A DNA stretch of 56,999 nt, filler included, from Sphacelaria rigidula (Eukaryota), in NCBI GenBank assembly GCA_964200075.2. It is 8 parts of 8 records of this genome, joined end to end, with 100 filler letters (N's around TTAATTAATTAA, not from the genome) between each part and the next. Parts side by side here need not be neighbours in the genome. Positions count along the whole stretch, not along the records: positions 49,963 to 56,999 come from CAXNAA020016830.1; 7 more parts are not named here. One strand, written 5' to 3'. The notes under the pieces were generated by a model. The model worked only from the letters and a program-made list of their open reading frames with translations, was not told where the DNA came from and did not search any database. The translations under genes were made by a program, and so were the position numbers. Numbering within the stretch: position 1 is the stretch's first letter; each line of letters starts with the position of its first letter. Of the stretch, positions 51,651-56,999 are shown piece after piece.

Positions 51651-51957
51651 TCGGAGAAACCGTCAGGTAGTAGAAGTAGAGGGGACCTACTACGCTAATC
51701 CAGCCGGTCGGAACTTGATTTAGTGATTATTTTCCTGTATTGCTACACTTTCCACGTCGCTGAGGGTTTACCACAGCAGACCGTAGACAAACATGACGAA
51801 TGGTGTTCAAGCCACATTTTTCATTTTAAAAAGCATTGATTGACATTCGTGGTCAGCCTATTGAAGACGATACTCTATGTTACCAAACCGAGCACGGTCG
51901 GAATTCTGATAGCTAAGGCATACACAAAACACTTCTCTGGTGGACCAACATGCTTAC

Positions 51958-52246
51958 CACCAATCGGAAGCTCCATCGGCCATCCGGATTTCCATGGTAG
52001 TGGGAACATAACCCACATCTACAGGAATCTCGACTAATCCGCCGTTGACGTCGATCCCAGAGTGCGCGGGCAGTTTCACTTCGTCCAACGGCTCACAGTA
52101 GCTTCCTCCCTCGCAAAAGTGAAACGTGATGGTATCTTCGTGGGCGCCCTCGACGAGACTAAGTGACGCGTTGCAAGTCGTGACCCGCAGCGTGTATGCG
52201 GATGCCCGACCTGCCAGCGGTACGACCAACGTAGACAGCGACAATA
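51958..52246 (-). pseudogene. Exon-like segment resembling a signal peptide plus PLAT/LH2-like beta domain, abutted at its 5' end by a LINE fragment
   Basis: LSLSTLVVPLAGRASA|YTLRVTTC...EDTITFHF...GASDW(W); TG|gtaagc donor; no in-frame ATG upstream. Confidence 0.4.
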
Positions 52247-52480
52247 TGATTTGATCGTCGCAGGTTCACTGATTTGGTACGTCCAGCCACAGTCACAAGA
52301 TACAGCTACCCGCAGAAAAGGAACAAAACACTCGCTAATGAAACTCGAGAAAAGGGAAATGTGGAAATAAAAGTAAGAAACAAAGTCAATGTACGTCAAA
52401 AGAGCATAGATACGAACAAAACGTATAAAGGGGAGGAAGTGGGAGGGAAGGAAGCAAAGCAAAGAAGGATGAATACGAGA
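52247..52480 (-). mobile_element. Diverged LINE 3'-UTR fragment
   Basis: Minus strand reads GACTGTGGCTGGA...ATCAGTGAACCTGCGACGATCAAATC, the same 3' motif family. Confidence 0.65.
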
Positions 52481-52524
52481 CGAACGCCAGGTCAACATTT
52501 AGGATCGCCTCCCCCACCCCAAAA

Positions 52525-52740
52525 CATTTTCTTCAACCTACAAGAACACATCCCGCACATAGACGTGAAATAGATAACCTAACGATCATTCTTCTCAAAC
52601 CTACCATAACACAGCCCGGACACAGACGTGAAATAAAGAAGCTATCCATACTTTTTCTCCGACCCTCGATGATACAGCCTGGATATAGACATGAAGAAGC
52701 TAACCCTCCTTTTTCTTTAACCTACCATTGCACAGCACAC
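52525..52740. repeat. Degenerate tandem repeat, about 60-bp unit, 3-4 copies
   Basis: Recurring ACCTAC...ACAGCCCGGACA(T/C)AGAC(G/A)TGAA. Confidence 0.7.
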
Positions 52741-53149
52741 ATGACGACGTCGAATAGTGAGAAAAGCATATCTATTTTCCCATATCAAGGCGGGAAATAA
52801 CCAAGATTCTTCTCCCCATATCATAACAAAGGTAAGACAAGAATGAAGCCAAAACCTAGACATGAAAGTAATAGCGTGAAGGTTGACCACCTTACATGCA
52901 AACCGAGAGTACAAAAACACAACAAGTAGGGATTGGGTAGGGTCGTCACCCCTCCATGCTAAGTCACATGGAGGTTGGGGTCTCGTGGTGAGATACCCAT
53001 AAACCCTTACCGACTTCCATAGGGCGATGGAAGTCTGATAAGCCATTCTCCTGAAACTTCCGACATCAAGTGCAAAAGGCGCCTAGTGAAGGGAAGGGGT
53101 GGACAATGCATGGCATAAATGCCAAGACCTACTGCACTCATGAAACAAT

Positions 53150-56100
53150 CACCTTACCAATAACCGACCACAGGACCTACGAGAATGGGTACAGTACTAG
53201 TAGTGCTGGTATTCGGAAGTCGTCGCGATATGACGAGAATAGAGTTCAAAAAGGAAATGCAATGGAGTTGGACTATACTGCTGAGCAAGATGAAACACAG
53301 GAAGGGAGGGAGAACACTTCCGAGTCAAGCGCAAACAGTGCGTGAGCAAGGAGTGGGAAAGGATACAGACAAGTAAGGTGTTGGCATGGGTAAGAAGAGA
53401 AGAATGGAGGGTATGCATAGCTAATGACACAGCAAACCTAAGACGTAGTGTACGGGTAAACGGAGAGAGAGAGAGGCAGGAATAGGTAAGTGCCCAAAAG
53501 GGGAAGGGGAAGGGGAAGAGACACTGCGGCCCGAAGCAAAAAGACAAAGACCAACCCGGGAATGGGAAGAATAAACAAGCAAGGAAAAGTAGAGGTAAAA
53601 ACGATGGAGTGAGAACAGTAGACAGCGGGAGAGCAGATAATGATTCGGAAAGAAAGCTGAGAATAAGATTGTGGAACGTGTGTGGATTCGTCACAGACAA
53701 GCGCAAAATAATAGAGATAGCGCGCCAAGTAAGTAGAAGCGACCTAGATATAGTAGGAATCCAAGAGTCATGCGACAAAGAGGGGGCGGAAAAAGAATGC
53801 AAAGCTTCACGGGACATAATTTTACAGTCGACGGCAAGCTCCGTCAACACTGAAGAGTACGCATGCATAGGGGAAAAGTGGAAGGGACAGAAGCCCAAGA
53901 GCAGGGGAGCTGGGGGAGTAGGACTATTCGCCAAGAAACACCTGTGTGACATAATAGAAGTGATCGACGACACGAAATTCGACGAGAGTGTATGGGTAAG
54001 GGTACCTCCAGAGCGGGGAACGAAGGACTTCGTCGGGAAGATCTACGTGCCCCTAAAATCGAAGGGTAGGGTGAACGATATACAGCGGAGGTTTGGAGAG
54101 ATAGCAGCAGATATACACAAGTATAAAAGTCAGGGAGAAGTGATACTGATGGGACATTTTAATGCAAGCGTAGGAAGAGCAGGTCAACAGGATGATATCA
54201 TTGGGCAATACGGGGAAGATAAGAACACGAATGGGGTAGAAATGCTCAACTTCCTTGAGCATAACGAGATGGAGACGCTGAACGATAGAGCACAAAAGTC
54301 AGAGGCGCAAATGACATGGACGAGGAAATTCAAAGACGAGAGAAAACGCTCCTTTCTTGACAATACAGGGATAGAGCATGGAAGTAGTAAAGAGTAAAGA
54401 GTTGGAAGTACACGTATGCGCGGAGGACGTGGGAACCACAGATCATTACCAAATATGGACAGAAAGGCAACAGAGGAGAGCTAAGAGAAATAAGCGGCGT
54501 AAAACGTTGTACAAATGGACAATCGATAACTAGATGTGGAAGAAAAACAGCAAGGGTTCCAAGGATAGACTATATGGCCAAGAATGTGGTGAAATGTTCC
54601 GAGCTATTGGACCGCATACGTACGGTTAATACCCAGATGGAAAGGAATCGGGCAAGAGCGAAGATTGTAGAAGGATGGGAGCAGCTGGTCACGAACATGG
54701 TGACTAAAGTCAACGGAAGAAAATGACCGTATGCAACAGAGCAGTAAAATGGTTGGAGAGAAGGAGCAGTCGTTAATTTTTTCAAAAAAGGAGACAAGGC
54801 TGACCCAAGAAACTATAGAAGGATAACGCTACTGAGCACGGTAGGGAAAACCTTCTGTAAGATTCTGAACGATGGAGTAGGAACAATGCTAGAAAAGGAA
54901 GACAAACCAGCGAGGGACAAGCAGGATTTAGACCAAACCGTAGTTGCATAGACCGTGTGTATACACTAGGTAAGATTATTCAAGATAGAAATGACGCCGG
55001 GCTGACAACGTACTGTTTCTTTCTGGACGTGCAAAGAGCTTATGACACAGTATGGAGAAATAGGTTGTGGAAGAAGTTGTGGGAAGATGGGATGAGAGGA
55101 AAGATGTGGAGAATGGTGAAGAGGATGACAACGTGCCAAAAGTGCCATGATGCTAGACGGGGAAATATCGAAATATTTTTATATATTACAAGAAGGTGCA
55201 CAAGGATGTACGTTATCGCCCACTTTGTTCAAGGTATTCATCAATGACTTGATAGTAGCAGCAAAGCAAGGCGTCAAGGTGGGTAAAATATGGTATCAGG
55301 ATTGATGTTCGCGGATGATTTTGTGGGGATATCAGAATCACCAAAAGGATTACAGACACAGATAGACAAGGTGCTAGAATACATTCGGAAATGGAGAGTG
55401 ACAGCGAACGTGAANNNNNNNNNNAGAAGAGGAACTGCCGATCGTAGACCAGTATACATACCTTGGCGGGAAGATCTCAAACAACTGCTTCTGGGATGCA
55501 CACATAAACAAAGTAATAGAAAACGGTAAGAGACAGATAGGCAGAATAGACGTGATCCTCAGAGACCCGCACCTAGGCACTAAGATCAAGATATGTATCC
55601 TGATGAACGCGATCGTACCAAAGCTGAAATATGCAGGAAACGTATGGGAGGGGAACGTGAAGTTGGTGGAGAAGTTGGAAACAGTACAGATGGCAGCAGC
55701 TAAGAAGATACTCGGATGTTCGAAAACGACGAGCAATACAGCTTTGAGAGCAGAGTAGGGAATGCACTCACTTGAAACAGACATGAGGAAATTGCGATGG
55801 CAATATAGCGTAAAGAACATGCAGAGAAAGAGATTGCCAGCTATAGCTGACAGGGCTGTATGGAAGAAAAGTACGAAAGGGAAGCCTGGAGTACGGTGGG
55901 ATACAGAAGTCGAGAAAGTATAGAAGGAGATATGAGGAAACCGAGACGATATACTGTCTATAGATGAAGACGCGGGGTACAAGGCAAAAATAAGAGATAT
56001 GATGGAAATAAGGGAAAACAGGAGTTCCCAGATGCAAAGTAGACGAGGAAAAACACCTGGAGATATACGGGTGGTTGAGAGAGGGAATAGGGTTGAAAGC

Positions 56101-56600
56101 ATATTTGCATGGCCCAATGGACGCCGCGAAAAATCTGAAACTGCGATTTCCGGAGGGGGACCTGAACGTGCCAAAAAGAAGAAAGAGGTATCCCAGTCGT
56201 CGAAAGGAGGAGGAAGTAAATGGAAAGAACTGCCCCTGCGGCAGAATAGAGAGCAGAAGTCATATAGTGGGAGAATGTGAACTATACGAGGAGAAACGGG
56301 ACGTGCTCGAGGGTGACATGCGAGGCCTAAACGAAGATAGTATTGAATCGTTTGATGCATCAAACAGTAGGGAGAAAACGGTGGTTATACTAGGAGGTAG
56401 ATGGTGGCCACAGATGGCGAAACAGGATAAGATATGTAAACGGCTTTTTGTGTAATGTATGGAAGAAACGTAATGAGCACACAAATGTTGAAGGAGGCTC
56501 TAGTAGGAGTAGGAACGGTGCTCCGTCTTGAAAGGGGTCCGTGGTCAATGGCCAAACAACTACGACAAGAAACAAATGAGTACGCCCCCCCTCCGCTCCC
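53150..56600 (+). mobile_element. Degenerate near full-length APE-RT LINE with C-terminal CCHC and oligo-C 3' end
   Basis: APE WNVCG...DIVGIQES...GHFNA; RT LDVQRAYDTVWR and MFADD; CPCG...ESRSHIVGEC; many stops and frameshifts; 5' boundary approximate. Confidence 0.93.
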
Positions 56601-56999
56601 TTCAGCCTGGTCCGGTGAGAACCCGGCGTGCTCCGTCCCGACTTTGTAGGGGCGGAACACCGATGGGGTTGGCGTCGCTTGGCGATGACGTTATAAAACC
56701 GCCTTTCACTGCGGAAACTAGGTAACCAGGTTATCGGGGTTTTTTCGCGCGCTTGCGGTTTTTTGTGGTAACCATGATGGTAGTCGAGCTAGATCATGTT
56801 GTGCGGCGTGAGAGAACCTCAACTCCGCACAATGGGGATGACCGTACCACGTAGTGTTCAAATGTTGAGGCACCCATGAGGCAGTGTATAAGCCGTCGCT
56901 GTCTCAGGAAGTCGCGATACCAGAAAATAAAGCAACTCATTCGAGGCTGTCATCCAAATGCAAGAAAATGAGTAGGCTTCGGGCCAAACAATCTTAGCA

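Noticed and set aside
53197..56363. 258- and 329-aa minus-strand ORFs
   Set aside because: Antisense to the purine-rich LINE coding strand.

Overview
This is eukaryotic, repeat-rich nuclear DNA. Short exons in long TE-filled introns and the SINE/LINE families suggest a stramenopile, probably a brown alga (inference). The window is not one locus. It is eight pieces of 7038, 7038, 7038, 7037, 7037, 7037, 7037 and 7037 bp joined by identical 100-bp linkers (44 N + TTAATTAATTAA + 44 N), most likely size-sorted independent contigs. The best-supported host gene is three minus-strand exons (48688-48514, 43921-43727, 43150-42944) of a metallo-beta-lactamase-fold cyclic-nucleotide phosphodiesterase like Dictyostelium PdeD/PdeE (GbpA/GbpB). 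Other spliced fragments: a gene with a 3.3-kb low-complexity exon (29299-34064), three small exons in piece 1, two minus-strand exons in piece 6, and a LINE-abutted PLAT-like exon. The rest is decayed mobile DNA: Ty3/gypsy and Ty1/copia remnants, two APE-RT LINEs with many 3' fragments, tRNA-derived SINEs, hAT and foldback MITEs, Helitron-like ends and microsatellites. I found no clearly novel multi-gene system. The best leads are a LINE family that ends in and appears to target oligo-C tracts, a covarying LINE 3' stem-loop, a SINE body carrying two different heads, a 112-bp loopless palindrome, and spliced remnants weakly resembling KDZ transposases.
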